64,000 nt of DNA from the human T2T-CHM13v2.0 reference genome, Homo sapiens. Of the stretch, positions 17,218 through 35,290 are shown piece by piece. A program made the position numbers and the translations under genes. The notes beneath the pieces are model-generated. The model did no database searches and had not been told where the DNA came from. It saw nothing but the letters and a program-made list of their open reading frames with translations. The number at the start of each line of letters is the position of its first letter. The stretch's first letter is position 1. The DNA lies in NCBI RefSeq assembly GCF_009914755.1, contig NC_060936.1. One strand, given 5' to 3'.

Positions 17218-17544
17218 TTAAAGCCTGAAGACAGATCTTTTTTGTTTTGTTTTGTTTTGTTTGAGACAGAGTCTCTCTCTGTTGCCCTGGCCAGAGTGCA
17301 GTGGCACAATCTCGGCTCACTGCAGCCTCCACCTCCCAGGTTCAAGCGGTCCTCTCACCTCAGCCTCCTGAGTAGCTGGGACTATAGGCATGCACCACCA
17401 CACCTAGCTAGTTTTTATATTTTTAGTAGAGACAAGATTTCACCGTGTTGGTCAGGCTGGTCTCCAACTCTTGGCCTCAAGTGACCCACTTGTTTCAGCC
17501 TCCCAAAATGCTGGGATTACAGGTGTGAGCCACTGTGCCCAGCT
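17218..17544 (-). mobile_element. Alu
   Basis: Antisense dimer with (TTTTG)n tail. Confidence 0.92.
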
Positions 17545-17563
17545 TTACTCTCAATTTTTAAAC

Positions 17564-17827
17564 TTTTTGAGACAGGGTATTACTCTACGCCCAGACTCAT
17601 TGCAGCCTCAACCTCCCCAGGCTCAGGTGATTCTCCTGCCTCTGCCTCCTGAGTAGCTGGGACTACAGGCATGTACGCGCCATGCCCAGCTAATGTTTTT
17701 ACTTCTTTGTAGAGACACGGTTTTGTCATGATGCTCAGGCCGAACTCAAACTCCTGTGCTCAAGCAATCTGCCTGCCTGGGCCTCCCAAAGTGTTTGGAT
17801 TACAGGCATGAGCCACTGCACCCAGCC
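17564..17827 (-). mobile_element. Alu (AluJ-like)
   Basis: Diverged antisense Alu. Confidence 0.88.
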
Positions 17828-18437
17828 TTATCCCTCAATTTAATGGCAACTACCTTGAAAGTTGTTTAAAACACACTTGGATGGGAGAGAAGTACCCTTA
17901 ATCTACTCTTTGCTAGCAGGTCAATGCTTTTGTATGAGGGGTCACTAGTTTTCTCTCTTACTAAGGTTGCAGGCTTTCAACCACTGCTTATAACTGGTTC
18001 AATTTTGAGTGCAAAAGCAGTTGCCCTTTTATTCTTGCAAGGGTCCAAATGGTCAACTTTGATTGTAGACTTGAGAAAAATAGCAATCTTTTAGCAAAGC
18101 TGTAGTCCCTTCTATCTCTGTTTCTCCACTGCCTTCTTGCCTGTAAGGCTTTCTGAAAGCATCAGTAGGCAACCAATACCCACAAAAATCATTAATCTTT
18201 CCTATCATTTCCCCTAAAGCTACAGCCTCAGTCAGCATGTGGTCCCCTTTTCAAGTTAAAGCAGGGAAATGTTTGCCACAAAATGACCAGCCTGTGATGT
18301 TGAGTCTATACCACCTGCCACTCAACTTCTAAGCCTAGTATCATGTTTTTGGTTTTTCTTAGTATTCCACTTCCAAGTTCTTAATCCTGTATCTATTAGG
18401 AATCCATTTAGCATGAAACACAGCAACCTAAAACTGA

Positions 18438-19089
<652 letters not shown>

Positions 19090-19592
19090 TTATAACTTAA
19101 CCCTATGGCACACCTAGCTGAAAGGGATGCTTTCAGCCAATTGTGAGAATACAGCTTAATTGCCAAGCTGTTAGGAAGAAAAGGCAAAAAAAAAAAAAAA
19201 AGAAAAGAAAAAGAAAAAGAAAAAATAAGTATGCTCTGTCTCTTTGGGTACACTGCCCAGAAAAAATACTCACCAATTCCAGTTGTGTCCTATTTTTGTG
19301 CCAGAAATTTAGTCACTTGGCACCCCTACCTGAAAGAGCAGCTAGAAAATGAAGCCTCTGTACTAGGAAGCCAAATGTCCAACTAAAAATTGAAGGTTTT
19401 ATTACTAAGGGGGAGGCAAGAACAGATATTTAATCACAAATAGCAGTCTTGGCTCTAGCAGGTGAATCACATTGCACAATATCCATCATACTTTTAACAA
19501 TTCACTGTGTTAACTATCTTTTGTATCAAAATGTGGCCCAGGCAGGAGCCTACACAGTCAGTTCTTTGTTGTTTCACTCTGACTTGGGTAAC

Positions 19593-19710
19593 TTTTTTTA
19601 AAAATAGACTTTTTTTAGAACAGTTTTAGTTCACAGCAAAATTGAGTGGAAAGTACAGAGAGTTCCCGTGTACCTACTGCCCCCACACCTGCACAGCCTC
19701 CCTACCTTCT
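19593..19710 (-). mobile_element. L1M 3' end fragment
   Basis: TAGACTTTTTTTAGAACAGTTTTAGTTCACAGCAAAATTGAGTGGAAAGTACAGAGAGTTCCC. Confidence 0.7.
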
Positions 19711-19889
19711 ATGGATAACTTTTTATAATCACCATATAGAAGTGAAACCTAGCCTTCTACTTCTTCATAGTCCTTCACTGTCATCAACAGCACAAAATCT
19801 AGCTGATATTTTGAGTATGAAGCTACTTCACTGTGACTTAAAGAAACCTTAGAGAATAAACCATATACATACGGAAAACTGGAATGGAA

Positions 19890-20194
19890 TTTTATTTGAG
19901 ACAGGGTCTCACTCTGTCACCCAGGCTGGAGTGCAGTGGCATAATTATGGCTCACTTCAGCCTCTACCTCTTGGCTCAAATGATCCTCCTGCCTCAGCCT
20001 CCTGAGTAGCTGGGTCTATAGACGTGTGTCACCACACGTAGCTAATATATATATATACATTTTTTTTTTTTTTTGGTAGAGACGGGGTCTTACTATGTTG
20101 CCTAGGTTGGTCTCAAGCTCCTGGACTCCAACAGTCCTCCCACCTCAGCCTCCCAAAGTGCTGGGATTGTAGAAGTGAGCCTCCACACCTGGCC
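19890..20194 (-). mobile_element. Alu (AluJ-like)
   Basis: Antisense dimer with expanded AT-rich linker; TSD TGGAATGGA. Confidence 0.92.
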
Positions 20195-20225
20195 TGGAAT
20201 GGACTTCTAAGGAATAAAATATATG

Positions 20226-20521
20226 GGCCGGGTGCAGTGGCTCACACCTGTAATCCCAGCACTTTGGGAGGCCGAGCTGGGTGGATCACGAGGTCAGGAG
20301 ATGGAGACCATCCTGGCTAACATGGTGAAACCCTGTATCTACTAAAAATACAAAAAATTAGCTGGGCGTGGTGGCACACACCTGTAATCCCAGCTATTCT
20401 GGAGGCTGAGGCAGGAGAACCACTTGAACACAGAAGGCAGAGGTTTCAGTGAGCTGAGATGGCACCACTGCACTCCAGCCTGGGCAACAGACCAAGACTC
20501 CGCCTCAAAAAAAAAAAAAAA
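20226..20521 (+). mobile_element. Alu (AluSc-like)
   Basis: Full dimer with poly-A. Confidence 0.95.
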
Positions 20522-20713
20522 GTCTTATGTCTGGCATACTTTCTTAAATTTATATTATTAGCATATTTCTTGAATGCTAACCAGTAAAAGCCAAGCACAG
20601 ATCAATAGTATATTTGTTGTACCACTGAGGATTTGTGCAGTGTGAATAAGTATATTCTATATGCTAATTTTTCTATTTAGGGAGCAAATAAGTATTAATA
20701 TGACTTTAATAAC

Positions 20714-21067
20714 TGTATTAATTTGTATTCATGCTGTTAATAAAGACATACCCGAGACTGGGTAATTTATAAAGGAAAGAGGTTTAATTGACTGAAAGTT
20801 CAGCATGGCTGAGAAGGCCTCAGGAAACTTACAATTATGGAGAAAGTGGAAGCAAACACGTCCTTCTTCACATGGCACAGGAAGGAGAATGAGAGCCGAG
20901 CAAAGGGTGAAGCCCCTTATAAAACCATCAGATCTTGTGAGACAAGCATTGGGGAAACCCCCACCATGATTAAATTACCTCCCACCAGGTCCCTTCCTGA
21001 CTCATGGGGATTATGGAAACTACAATTCATCATGAGATTTGGGTGGGGACACAGCCAAACCATATCA
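20714..21067 (-). mobile_element. THE1-type MaLR solo LTR
   Basis: TGTATTA...AAAGACATACCCGAGACTGGGTAATTTATAAAG...CAGCCAAACCATATCA; 5-bp TSD ATAAC at 20709-20713 and 21068-21072. Confidence 0.9.
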
Positions 21068-21105
21068 ATAACACAAAGAACAGCACGTAAAATTTGACCA
21101 GTTCT

Positions 21106-21404
21106 GGCTGGGCGTGGTGGCTCACGCCTGTAATCCCAGCACTTTGGGGGGCTGAGGTGGGTGGATCACGAGGTCAGGCATTCAAGAGCAGCCTGGCCAA
21201 CATAGTGAAACCCCATTTCTACTAAAAACGCAAAAAATTAGCTGGGCGTCTTGACGGGCACCTGTAATCCCAGCTACGCAGGAGGCTGAGGCAGGAGCTT
21301 GAACCTGGGAGGTGGCGGTTGCAGTGAGCCGAGATCATGCCACTGCACTCCAGCTCGGGTGAAAGTGCAAGACTCTGTCTCAAAAAAAAAAAAAAAAAAA
21401 AAAA
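21106..21404 (+). mobile_element. Alu (AluSg-like)
   Basis: Full dimer; TSD TTGACCAGTTCT. Confidence 0.95.
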
Positions 21405-22155
21405 TTGACCAGTTCTTTGCTAATGCTAAAAAAGAAGATTTAGTGATTCTCAACTGGCTATGATGACATGAGTCAGGAAAGTAACATCTCATGGCCCATG
21501 GAAAGGTTATCCTACTCATTACTCCACTCCTCAAATACTCTTCTCTCTGTCCCTTGACACCAGAAATTTGTTTGAAAAGAGATAAAGCCTTCTATTTCAC
21601 AAAGATGTTGAAGAAAAACATAAGACTATTAGAGAGCACACATGGAGAGCTTAGTGAAAAGGTGTTTACTGCCAAACAGAGAGTTCATTTTAGCTCTTCA
21701 GGTAGACTTGGGAATGAGGCTTAGGGGAGAAAAAAAATGAGATAGTCTTTGAAGTCAAAATACAGTAAACTAGATCTGTCCCATATTAAGAAAGCAAGGT
21801 CTCTGAGTGATGTCATTGGCTACTCCTTCCTGGGTTCATGAGTTATTCAAGCCCAGAGCTGGTTGAAAGTGGTCTATTGTGAGCATTTAGTGCCCATCTC
21901 AGGATTACGGCATCCACCTGCCTTGGCTGGGTACGTGAGGACTCCCTTGAGATTACAGTGCCCAGCTTTCATCTGACATAAATTGGGATTATTTGACTCA
22001 GTCAAGTCTGAAAGAGGGTTGGCAGGCCAGGTGTCCAGGTCTATTAGGTGAAAGTTTATCACAAGTACAAGACAAAGGCAACTGAAGCTGAGAGTGGCAG
22101 AACAAAGCGAAAGTTTCAGTCAAGGTATAAATAACTGATCATAGATCCTGCCGTA

Positions 22156-22495
22156 TTTCTTTTTCTTCTTCTTTTTTTTTTTTTGAGATGGAGTCTTGCT
22201 CTGTCGCCCAGGCTGGAGTGCAAGCGGCGCAATCTCAGCTCACTGCAACCTCCGCCCACCAGGTTCAAGCGATTCTCCTACCTAAGCCTCCCGAGTAGCT
22301 GGGACTACAGGCGCCCACCACCACGCCCAGCAATTTATTTTTTTTATTTTTATTTATTTATTTATTTTTTTAGTTTTAGTAGAGATGGGGTTTCGCCATG
22401 TTGGCCAGGCTGGTCTCGAATGCCTGACCTCGTGATCCACCCGCCTGGGCCTCTCAAAGTGCTGGGATCACAGGTGTGAGCCACCTCGCCTGGCC
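22156..22495 (-). mobile_element. Alu (AluS-like)
   Basis: Antisense dimer; TSD AGATCCTGC. Confidence 0.95.
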
Positions 22496-22918
22496 AGATC
22501 CTGCTATGTTTTGTTTGGAAGATAAGAAAGGAAAACAAGAATTTAATAACATTTCTATAATTCAAGCTGTAAGTGAGCCAACAGCAATTGTAGAAGATTA
22601 CTTGGCAGTGACTAAGCATCCAAGCAGAAACCAGATGCATATCACAGCATGAGGCATTCAGATAGAGATATCTATAGGTGGTCACCTTGCTTCAATTCTA
22701 CCAGGAGTCTTTCCTTTACACCCTCAGGTGTTTAAGAATCCACTTTTAAATTATAAAAATAAAATTACTAGACATTAGCTAACTGAGAAGGACTTGGAAA
22801 ATAAAGAAGCTGGAAAGTAGGGAAACATGAAAGGGATGAAAGCATTAGAAAGGGAAGAACATAAGCTTCACCTATTTCACGATCCAATCTGCAACTCTCC
22901 TGGTAGTTAAGTTGTGAG

Positions 22919-23211
<293 letters not shown>

Positions 23212-23225
23212 AAGTTGCAGTATTG

Positions 23226-23712
23226 ACACATGCATGAGTATGTTCATTGCAGCACTATTCAAAATAGCCAAGACATAGAATGAACCTAGATGCTCATCAA
23301 TGGTGGACTGGATAAAGGAAATGTGTATATATACACCATGGAATACTACACAGCCATAAAAAAGAAGAAAATCATGTCCTTTGCAGCAACATGGATGGAG
23401 CTAGAGGCCATTATCCTGAGCAAATTAACTCAGGAACAGAAAACCAAATACTGTGTGTTCTCATGTATTAGTAGAAGCTACACATTGAGTACACATGGAC
23501 ACAAAGAAGGGAACAACAGACACCAGGACCTACCTGAGGGCGGAGGGTGGGAGGAGGGTGAGGACTGAAAAACTGCCTATCAGTTATTATGCTGATTACC
23601 TGAGTGACAAAATCATCTGTACACCAAACCCCTGTGACACACAATTTACCTATGTAACAAACCTGTACATGCACCCCTTGAACTTAAAATAAACGTTGGA
23701 AAGAAAAAAAAA
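23226..23712 (+). mobile_element. L1 3' end (older L1PA/L1PB-like), 5'-truncated
   Basis: ORF2 C-terminus-like YTMEYYTAIKK..MSFAATWMELEAIILSKLTQ, then 3' UTR, AATAAA and A tail. Confidence 0.9.
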
Positions 23713-23729
23713 GTTACAGTCTCGAATTA

Positions 23730-24600
23730 CTAAATTTACTTTGCTGTAAAATCACACAAAGCATTGTTTTTATGTTGGTCAAGTATCAGGTAGTATTCCT
23801 AAGTTAATGCTAAAGTAATGTCTTTAGTCGCAGAAGAAAAAGGATTTTTCTGACCCAACCCAAGAAGGCCCCTTTTTTCCCAAAGGGAACTGCTAGTCTG
23901 GTTAGGCACTTGTAACCCAACTTCACCTCAATTTGTGAAGAACTTATTAAACTAAATTCTCATATTACTGAGCAAAATTTTCCCAAATCAGAATTCTTTA
24001 GTTCCTTAAATCTTTAATTTTAAAGATTTTTAGAGGTTTTTCTGAAACCAAAATTCTAAAAAAATTACAAATTTCCTCATAATTATGCTTCTTTCAGGGA
24101 GCCAGATCTTTACATACAGACTTCTCCTGAGTAACAAAATTTGCAATTCCAAATACCAAACTGAAGTTTTTCTTCTACTCTTTCCAAAAGGAGGTAAGTA
24201 ACCCATTTGGGATTATACTGGTCCCAATTTTGCACAAAAGATTCTGCCTGGGCGGGGAAAAAGTTCTAGGGGTTTTGAAAGATGTAAATTGCCACTTGTA
24301 CCAAAGGGATGCTTATTGTTGGACCAGAATCGTTTCTTCAGGCCTAATTTACATCTAAATGTGGAGCAAGAGAGTGACACAGAAGGAAAACTCCACCTTT
24401 TCGTCCACTGGAGAAATGAAGGTAAGAGGGAAAAAATTCAAAAATTGTTTTCCACTTGTCATTTACTAAGTTGGAAACTGGGGGGGTTTTGTGAGAACAT
24501 TGCAACTTCTCATTTTTCTCTCATGGTTTTTCACGCTTACTTGGTTCCTGGTGGTGGTGATTAACAACATAACTCTTAAAGAGAGAGAGAAAAAAAAACC
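23730..24600 (-). mobile_element. ERV1 (MER4-group) internal-like sequence next to an LTR
   Basis: AT-rich non-coding sequence adjoining the MER34/39-like LTR; similar-looking pieces at ~31330-33746 and ~49520-50830. Confidence 0.35.
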
Positions 24601-24639
24601 TCCTGTCATGGGTTTGTCTTTAGAGCCTGAAAGAAAAGT

Positions 24640-25153
24640 GAAGGATGGGGATGCAGGGGAGGAAAGATAATGTTTTTCCTCAACCCTCCTAAGCTCTTCC
24701 TTGGAATAGACTTCTGTAACAAAAGACGCATTAACACAAGAAAAACAGTTTATTAAGGCATGCAGCGCACATCTCAAGGGAGAAACGTCAGTGAAAAGTA
24801 ACTCAAAATGGTGGCTTAGAACTCCACTTACAAGGCATCTTCAACAAAGAAAAACAAACGTGTAGAGAAATGACAGGACAAAGAAAAGTGGTTTTAGGTT
24901 TCCAAGCATGGGAAATTATGGGAAGGTAAATACATGGGAGTCAAGTTTGTTTGCAGACTCTCCTGGGGCCTCTCAGGGCTGACAGGAATGTAGAGCTGTC
25001 TCCAGTAAGGGAGAATCTATATCCTGTCTTCAGGAAGAAAAGCTAGAGGATAAGAGTTTTTTCCCCGTTTGCTGCTTCTCAATTGCCTTCAGCTCAAAAA
25101 TAATTTTTATGTCAAAGAAGCGTATTTGGGGGTGACATAGTCTGGTTTCCTAA
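24640..25153 (-). mobile_element. ERV1 LTR (MER34/MER39-like)
   Basis: Shares TTGCTG.TT.TCAATTGCCTTCAG.TCAAAA...GCGTATTTGGGGG with the LTR at 11255-12104. Confidence 0.7.
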
Positions 25154-25951
25154 AGAGGGGCTGTGTGGTCAGACGAGAAGAGAACCACTAGGAGTTGTGT
25201 ACACAGCAGCAGCACCTAAAGGCGAGAAAGAAGGCCACAGCCCACACAACCAGGAGGGAAGGAGAACGCAGCCAGCATTGAGACAGGGCCCTTGGCTGAG
25301 CAGTCCGCAGGCCCATGTGTGAGTTCTCAATTAGCTGTCATAACATTCTGAATTTATTATCTATGGTCATTAGTCTCATATTTATCTCCCCAAGCATGCC
25401 TAAGCATTCATGCAGCTGTTGCAGATGGGGGAACCCTGGTCAGTGATTGGCCTCCTCATGCAAACTGGGCCAGTGAATCTCCGTGGAGGCCACGCTTTCC
25501 TGACCCAACAGTCAGCTCCCAGGAAGAAGTCCTCCCTCATTTTCAAGGCCTCATTCTTAGCTGTATCTGGGTGAGTGCTTAGCTGCCTCCACTATCAGGT
25601 CTCTTTTATCATTTCCCGCTCGCAGTAGCTTCCTGGGGATGGGAGAGAGGGTTAGGAAAAGGAAACAAGAATGATACAATCAGCCCACTTTTCTAGCACT
25701 TTGTACATGCAACTTTTGACATTTTTTACAGGCGTTTTACAGACATTTTTCTTTTATACATATAAAAGCATACCATATAAGTGACATTTGTTGTATAATT
25801 GGTCATGTGTTTTGTAGAGATTTTTTAATGTTCCTGAAATATGATAATGGCAAAGCCTGTAAAGTTTGATATGAGTTTATTGGCACTCATTAGATCACAA
25901 GACTCTTCAATTTCTGGCTAACTGCAGGCTAGGAAAAATATTTGTTTTTAG

Positions 25952-26675
<724 letters not shown>

Positions 26676-26783
26676 AGCAAATATTTTTCTAACCCGTTTC
26701 TTACTGGGTACTTTGTGAAAGCAAGCTAGGCGATATAAGACAAGTTTCCTGTACTCAAGTGGCTTAAAATTTGGTTAGAGAGA

Positions 26784-27033
<250 letters not shown>

Positions 27034-27261
27034 GGTTAGAGAGATTGGATTCAAAGGATTCTATTATCCTTTGGTTGCTAGGATTGATTCAGCCATTGTT
27101 AGCAGCAGTGGTTCCCTTCTTTTCTCTCTCCACCTATGCAGATCTTTCACAAAGCAGATGAGTTTCTCATAGAGATAGGAGAAACACTCGCTTTAGACAA
27201 GGATCATTCGTTTATGAGTATAACGAAACACGTAACATGATAATAAACAAAAGAGATTTCA

Positions 27262-27594
<333 letters not shown>

Positions 27595-27848
27595 TTACCT
27601 GATCATCTAAGGATATTTACTTGGCTTTGACTAGAGAGTTGTACAACTCCTTAGAGACTAAAATTATCTTGCAGAAAACAAGAAGCAATACAAATTATTT
27701 TTATCCATAACCATGTGGATGAATTCTGTCCAGTGAGGGGACAAATTTCCTTCTCTCCCAAAAGTCAGTTTTACATCCACTTGGAAATTTAATATTTATG
27801 ATTTATACATATACCTGTTGTTTGGATTCTCCTTTGGACCTGTTGTAA

Positions 27849-28301
<453 letters not shown>

Positions 28302-28522
28302 TAACTTGGTCAAATGGAGAAATATAATGGGAATATATAGGCCCATTTCAAGGGAAACTAAGGCAGGATGCATCAAGGCTTCACTAGATCTAGAACAGAA
28401 AAATCTTTAGGAGACCCAAGAAGTTATCATTTTTCCAAAGCCACATGATCTTTTGTCTCTGCCTCTCACTTTGCATCTGCTTTGTCTTACTCCTTTTGGA
28501 CTCTTATAACAAAACATCTTAG

Positions 28523-28828
<306 letters not shown>

Positions 28829-29050
28829 TCTTAGAATGGGAAATTTATAAACAACAGATATTTATTGCTTATAGTTCTGGAGGCTGAGAAGTCCAAGATA
28901 AAGGCATCAACAGATTCAGTGTCTGGTGAGGGCTCTCTGCTTCATAGATGGCATCTTCTCTGTGTCCTTACATGGTAAAAAGGGTAAACAACTCACTTGA
29001 GCTTCTTTATGAAGGTTCTGCCTACATTATTTAATTACCTCCTAAGGGCC

Positions 29051-29338
29051 TTTTTTTTTGAGACAGGGTCTTGCTCTGCTCTGTCACACAGGCTGGAGTG
29101 CAGTGACGATCTTGGTGCACTGCCTCCTCAACCTTTTGGGCTTAGCAATCCTCCTCCCTCAGCCTCCCAAGTAGGTGGGACCAGAGGTGCCTGCTACCAT
29201 TCCTGGCTGATTTTTGTAATTTTTGTAGAGACAAGAACTTGCTACATTGCCCAGGCTGTTCTCGGACACCTGGCCTCAAGTAATCCACCTTGGCCTCCCA
29301 AAGTGCTGAGATTACAGGTGTGCTCCACCACACTGGCC
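29051..29338 (-). mobile_element. Alu (AluJ-like)
   Basis: Diverged antisense Alu. Confidence 0.88.
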
Positions 29339-29437
29339 CTAACCCTTAATACAATTACATTGGTGATTGAGTTTCAACATGAATTTTGGGGGGATATAAG
29401 CATTCATGCTTTATTCTCTTCTCTTTCAGAAAACTGA

Positions 29438-29795
<358 letters not shown>

Positions 29796-30119
29796 ACAGG
29801 CACTTCTTTCATTTACTCATTCAACAAAAATCTGTTGGATACTTACTATGCCAGACACCTCTTGCTCCAGTACCACCATCCAACATATGAACATTTCAGT
29901 ATTCCTATACACATTTCTGAAAGACAGAATCGTGGTGTCTCAGCTATAGCTGGGTCATGCATCCACTCTGAACAGTTGTGCCCAGTGGGGAAAATTACAT
30001 AGTCCACTGCTATGGGAGAGAATTCCCAAGATGGCTGGATAAAGCAGACAAAGGAAGTAACATGTTTTCTTCATACATAAAATGTAGACTTCTAAAATAA
30101 TACAGTGTTCAATATGTAC

Positions 30120-30830
30120 TGTGTTTCAGTCCCAGCTGGAGTATAGTGCCATACAGTTCTGCCACTAACCACTTGGAGGTAGTGCACATGTCACAGGTTC
30201 ATGGTTCAGTCTTCCTTAAGACTGCCCTACTTCAGATGCCAGCCACAAATGCCAGAGGTCCCCAGGCCACCCATACATTTGACTAATTTGGCTTCACATT
30301 TCAGGTTTTTATAACTCCTTCAGGTTTGAGAATTTACTAAAACAACTCAAGAAAATTATCTACTTATTGTTAGCTTTATTATAAAGATACAGCTCAAGAA
30401 TTATCAATTGAAGACACACATAAGGAAAGTTCTGGGAGGGAAGGCAGAGCTTTGGTCACCTCTCCTAAACAAATTTGGATGAATTGTCATCTTGGTACAT
30501 CAAGGTTCACCAACCAGGATTCTCCACTGAGCTCCAGTATTCAGAGTTTTTATTGGAGATTCATTATGTAGGCATGATTGATTGAGTATATCATTGACCA
30601 AGTGAATGAACTCAATCAGGTCAGCCTGGCTCAAAGTCCCAACCATCTAATCCTCTAATCACATGGTTGATCTTTCTGATGACCAGTCACCATCTTGAGG
30701 CTAGTGGCCCAAAATGAGTCATGCCCCTAGTATTACAAAGACATTTCTGTCACTCTGGAAGTTCCAAAAATTTTTGAAGCTCTATGCCAAGAACTGAGAC
30801 AAAGACCAGATATACTCTTTATTATACCGT
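30120..30830. mobile_element. ERVL LTR (MER21-like)
   Basis: AAGACTGCCCTACTTCAGATGCCAGCCACAA...GTCCCCAGGCCACC...GACAAAGACCAGATATA. Confidence 0.75.
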
Positions 30831-31520
30831 AATATATTATATGTATATACATGTTATACATACATATAATATATATTATCTTTATATTGTATTAAATGCT
30901 ATAAGTGTTCAGTTACCCACTTTCCACTGGGGGCTACTGGCTGAGATAAAATGAGCTGGCCTGAAGGAATAGAAATTCCAAGAAGGATAAAGAACAGAGA
31001 AAGCCATTCAGATGAGATTTAAAAAAAAATTTTTTTAATATGATAAACTGGTAAAATAAAATAAGTACAGTATTTTTGCTTGGCCTAAAAGAGATTTGTG
31101 TAGACTATAAAGTTCTAAAGGTGCTTGGAGCTCAACAGTCAAGGACTGTGAATATTAGGCTGATGACTTTTGGAAATTTATCTTGTTGATAGGAGGTTTC
31201 AGCAAGAAAGGGAGTTAGTGACATAAATGATATTTTAGGAAGACCACACTGACAGCAGTATGTAGGTTGAATTAGAAGAGAGAAATCAGAGAAGCTGTTA
31301 AGAAGTGTCAGTGTATAATTTTAAAAGTATATAAGTTTTAAAAGCATGGCTTTCATACAAATATAGAATGAACACGTGTCAGTGATTATTACTTAAATCA
31401 TTAATGAGTCAGATAATAAGTTAACTTAAAGAAGAATTATAAGAGCAAGAAATATGTAATAATCTGAAAATGCATAGAGAAATATATTTGCTAGGTTTGA
31501 GATAAAACTTTGAAGGCTTC

Positions 31521-31811
31521 TTTTTTTTTTTGAGACAGGGTCTTGTTCAGTCACCCAGGCTGGTGTGCAGTGGCACGAACATGCTCACTGTGGCCTCCAT
31601 CTCCCAGGCTCAAACAATTCTCTCACCTCAGCCTCCCAAGTTGTGGGCACTACAGGCGTGCACCATCATGCCTGGCTAATTTTTCATTTTTTGTAGAGAC
31701 AGGGTTTTGCTATGTTGCCCAGGCTGGTCTCAAACTCCTGGGATCAAGTGATTCTTCCTCCTCAGCCTCTCAAATTGTGGGGATTACAGGCATGAGCCAC
31801 CACACCCAGCT
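31521..31811 (-). mobile_element. Alu (AluJ-like)
   Basis: Antisense dimer. Confidence 0.9.
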
Positions 31812-32291
31812 TGAAAAAGTAGTTTTCTACATTCAGAGTTGGAGATAGAATTTGAAGGAAAATAAAGGGCTTCCCATATACACATCAGAAACTAGAACAT
31901 TAGGAATAATATAACAATATTCCTCATCAAACAAATGGTCACTATTAGATTTTCAGTTCTATGTAAATCTTGCTCCACAGGATATTGGGTTAGTGGGTTT
32001 CCACAGAGTCATCTGCTTCTGATCTAAAAATAATCTTGAAACCACAGTTAAGTGCCCTGATATAGTGAGACAGAGTATAAGCAATGCCAGCTTGAAGCCT
32101 ATACCCACGAGTTTATTCACTGCAGTATTAATAATTAGAGTATCTGATACAGTCTTGTTCATAAGGCTCTGAGGATGTTCTTCTTTGATGAAGACCCAAT
32201 TTTTACTTATAGCTTATGACAGAGCATTTAAGCAAGCATGAGAGAAAAGCAGAACCACATGTTGGTGATAAGACTGAATGGCTCTGATTAA

Positions 32292-32624
<333 letters not shown>

Positions 32625-32637
32625 GAGAATAAAATTC

Positions 32638-32941
32638 TTTGTTGTTGTTTCGTTTTTTTTTGAGACAGAGACTCACTCTGTTGCCCAAGGTGGAATGCAC
32701 TGGCGTGCTATCAGCTCACTGCAACATCCGCCTCCTGGGTTCAAGCGATTCCCCTGCCTCAGCCTCTTGAGTAGCTGGATTACAGGCACCCACCACCATG
32801 CCTGGCTAATTTTTCTATTTTTAGTAGAGATGAGGTTTCACCATGTTGGCCAAGCTGATCTCAAACTCCTGACCTCAGGCGATCTGCCTGCCTCGGCCTC
32901 CCAAAGTTCTGGGATTACAGGCATGGGCCACCATGCCCAAC
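32638..32941 (-). mobile_element. Alu (AluS-like)
   Basis: Antisense dimer. Confidence 0.95.
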
Positions 32942-33092
32942 GGAGAATATAATTCTTTATAGGGAAAAATATATAACAATTCTATTAAATATTAATAAAC
33001 ATTTTCCTGAAGATAAGAACATGTTAGGGATAGTGAGAGCATTGCCAAATCTCCTACATGTAAAGTATACACAGTACCTGAAACATATTTAT

Positions 33093-33407
33093 GTTTTTTG
33101 TTTGTTTCTTTGTTTGTTTTAAGCCAAGGTCTATTTTGTCACCCAGCCTGGGGTACAGTAGCACAATCATGGCTCACTGCAGGCTCCACCTCCCGAGCTC
33201 AAGCAATCCTCCTACCTCAGTCTCCCAGGTACTGTGGGACCACAGTTAACATGCCACCACAATCACCTAATTAAAAAAAAAATGGTATGGATGGGTATTT
33301 TGTATGTAGGTCAGGTTGGTCTTGAACTCTTGGGCTCAAGCAAGCCTCCTGCCTCAGCCTCACAAAGTGGTGGGATTACAGGAGTGAACCACCATCCATG
33401 CCTGGCC
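33093..33407 (-). mobile_element. Alu (AluJ-like)
   Basis: Diverged antisense dimer. Confidence 0.88.
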
Positions 33408-33746
33408 TCATATTTATCTTAGTAATATTTCACTTGTTCAAAATTAACCAACAGAAAGTCGCACTTCTGTTTTGATTTGACAATTCTTACTATGTGCTTC
33501 TTAAAATAGTGTTGAAATAATTACAAAATATAAAGGATACCAGACAAAATTCCACTTTGGCCTTCCCTTCTAAGAGGTAAAAAAACAAATCTTTGTGATT
33601 GCCAAGGACTCTCTGGGAAACCTCTAAGATAGTATAAGTTTAAAAGACTTCTTGAAATTATTATTTTTTTAAATTTAGGGTCTAATCATGGGAATTAAAA
33701 AACAGAGGAGACTTGGCCACTTGGTAAAAGTAGAATTATATGCTCC

Positions 33747-34177
33747 TGTATTAGAATTCTCTTAGAGGGACAGAACTAATAAGATATATATATATATATA
33801 TATGGAGTTTATTAAGTATTAACTTACAGGATCCACAAGGTCCCACAATAGGCTGTCTGCAAGCTGAGGGGCAAGGAGAGCCAGTCCGAGTCCCAAAACT
33901 GAAGAACGTGGAGTCTGAGGGCAGGAAGCATCCAGCACGGGAGAAAGATGTAGGCTGGGAGGCTAGGCCCGTCTCTCTCCTTTTCACATTTTTCTGCCTA
34001 CACTATTATATTCACTGGCAGCTGATTAGATTGTGCCCACCAGATTAAGGGTGGATCTGCCTCCCCCAGCCCACTGATTCAAATGTTGATCTCTTTTGGC
34101 AACACCCTCACAGACACACCCAGGAATAATACTTTGTATCCTTCAATCCAATCAAGGTGACAGTATTAACCATCACA
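33747..34177 (-). mobile_element. HERV-L 3' LTR (MLT2A-like)
   Basis: Minus strand TGTGATGGTTAATACTG...AATACA; preceded by purine-rich AAGGGGTGAACC. Confidence 0.92.
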
Positions 34178-34659
34178 GGTTCACCCCTTGTCAACTTGAA
34201 CCCATACACATCCCCTGAGATCATATGTAATCTTAAAGACAATAAGGTCATAATTACACCTAACATAATACAACTATCCTTTGTACAACTAGAAATGCGC
34301 CAATCCCCAACCCAAATAGTATTATATAAAGTTAACAATACGTAAATGCTGACAGGAAGTCAATAAATCTTATGTCACATGATAAAGGAAAAGGAAATAA
34401 AATGAAGATATTTTCTTAGTACAAGGGTCTACATGCACAAACATGTTTTTAACAAAAGAAGGAAGAAATACCCATGACAGTTACAGTCCTCATTTCTGCA
34501 GCTGGTCACGTGGCTGTAGCTAGTTTTGATGACTACCTTTTTCTACTGCCCATTCTGTATTCCCTTTGCCTTCAGCAAGCACCTCAGCAGGTCGTGTGTT
34601 TTTCCTGGTGGAGTGACCCATACCTTCATTCCTGAAGGGTCTGGGTCATTTGTAGTTCT

Positions 34660-35289
<630 letters not shown>

Positions 35290-35290
<1 letters not shown>

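Noticed and set aside
23226-23712. L1 3' end as the displaced tail of the L1 at 41120-44033
   Set aside because: It has its own degenerate TSD (AAGTTGCAGT/AAGTTACAGT), so it is a separate 5'-truncated insertion
25155-25640. Non-repeat stretch with a strong donor TGG|GTGAGT at 25571 and CCAAT/E-box-like words
   Set aside because: No matching acceptor, ORF or other support; such motifs occur often by chance
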